Source: an uncultured Candidatus Saccharibacteria bacterium (GTDB taxonomy: Bacteria; Patescibacteriota; Saccharimonadia; Saccharimonadales; JAGQNJ01). Taken from it: a stretch of 64,000 nucleotides of DNA. The stretch lies in the NCBI GenBank assembly GCA_964491925.1, contig CAZBGZ010000004.1, positions 23,529 to 87,528 on the forward strand, written 5' to 3'. The first letter of the stretch is position 1. Each line of letters starts with the position of its first letter. The notes under the pieces were generated by a model. It ran no database searches, was not told the DNA's origin, and saw only the letters and a list, made by a program, of their open reading frames with translations. Both the position numbers and the translations under genes were made by a program. Of this stretch, positions 63,942-64,000 are shown piece by piece.

Positions 63942-64000
63942 ATGGCTAACGACGAAAAAAATACTGATTTGATGAATAAAGCCAAGGAGGTTTTGGCTAA
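63942..64000 (+). CDS. start of an unidentified ORF running off the right edge
   Basis: ATG 63942: MANDEKNTDLMNKAKEVLA... Only 19 codons visible. Confidence 0.25.
   Translation, partial: MANDEKNTDLMNKAKEVLA

Noticed and set aside
1-64000. I looked for tRNA T-loops (GGTTCGAATCC-like), rRNA, CRISPR repeat-spacer periodicity, transposase or integrase genes, and long direct or inverted repeats flanking the orphan loci.
   Set aside because: I saw none by eye in any intergenic region. The only repeated coding DNA is the pilin N-terminal segment. A computational scan (tRNAscan-SE, Infernal, self-dotplot) could still find short elements I missed.

Overview
Gene-dense 64 kb bacterial chromosome segment, moderately AT-rich by eye and not computed, with most genes on the minus strand and mainly housekeeping content. 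I recognise about 60 CDS. Translation: tyrS, pheS/pheT, gatCAB, rplS, AlaX-type editing protein. Replication and repair: dnaE, radA, uvrB, rnhB, yraN, and a recG-like fragment at the left edge. Envelope: class A PBP, galU, CAP-domain protein. Proteostasis and redox: clpC, FKBP, trxB, glutaredoxin-like protein. There is a long minus-strand sugar-phosphate cluster: gap, rpiB, rpe, split transketolase, class II fba, PfkB kinase. Type IV pilus parts are present: a lone PilB ATPase and two tandem pilins. By inference only, the split transketolase, the PPP-centred carbon cluster, the pilins, the near absence of biosynthetic genes and the many small orphan proteins fit a reduced-genome Patescibacteria/CPR organism such as Saccharibacteria. 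I found no rRNA, tRNA, CRISPR array, transposase or integrase. Main leads: (1) pheS and pheT are separated by four small enzymes, and seven ORFs including an ABC exporter are chained by 4-nt ATGA overlaps. (2) An ATGA-coupled pair of a LOG/TIGR00725-like Rossmann protein and a 416-aa orphan sits between the sugar cluster and the pilins. (3) A -10 hexamer lies 6-10 nt before the start codon at 15 or more genes, implying widespread leaderless mRNAs; the orphan genes carry the best-matching promoters. (4) Several orphan modules stand out: an overlapping 44-aa/131-aa ORF pair behind a perfect consensus promoter, and orphans of 259, 299, 220, 98 and 127 aa. (5) Candidate regulatory elements: a nested-helix ~119-nt element, a Pro-Pro-containing uORF upstream of the FKBP isomerase, and a signal-peptide-like uORF fused by ATGA to a GDPD gene. 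(6) An alpha/beta hydrolase is interrupted by one in-frame TAA. All functional calls rest on motifs read by eye; no database search was possible.
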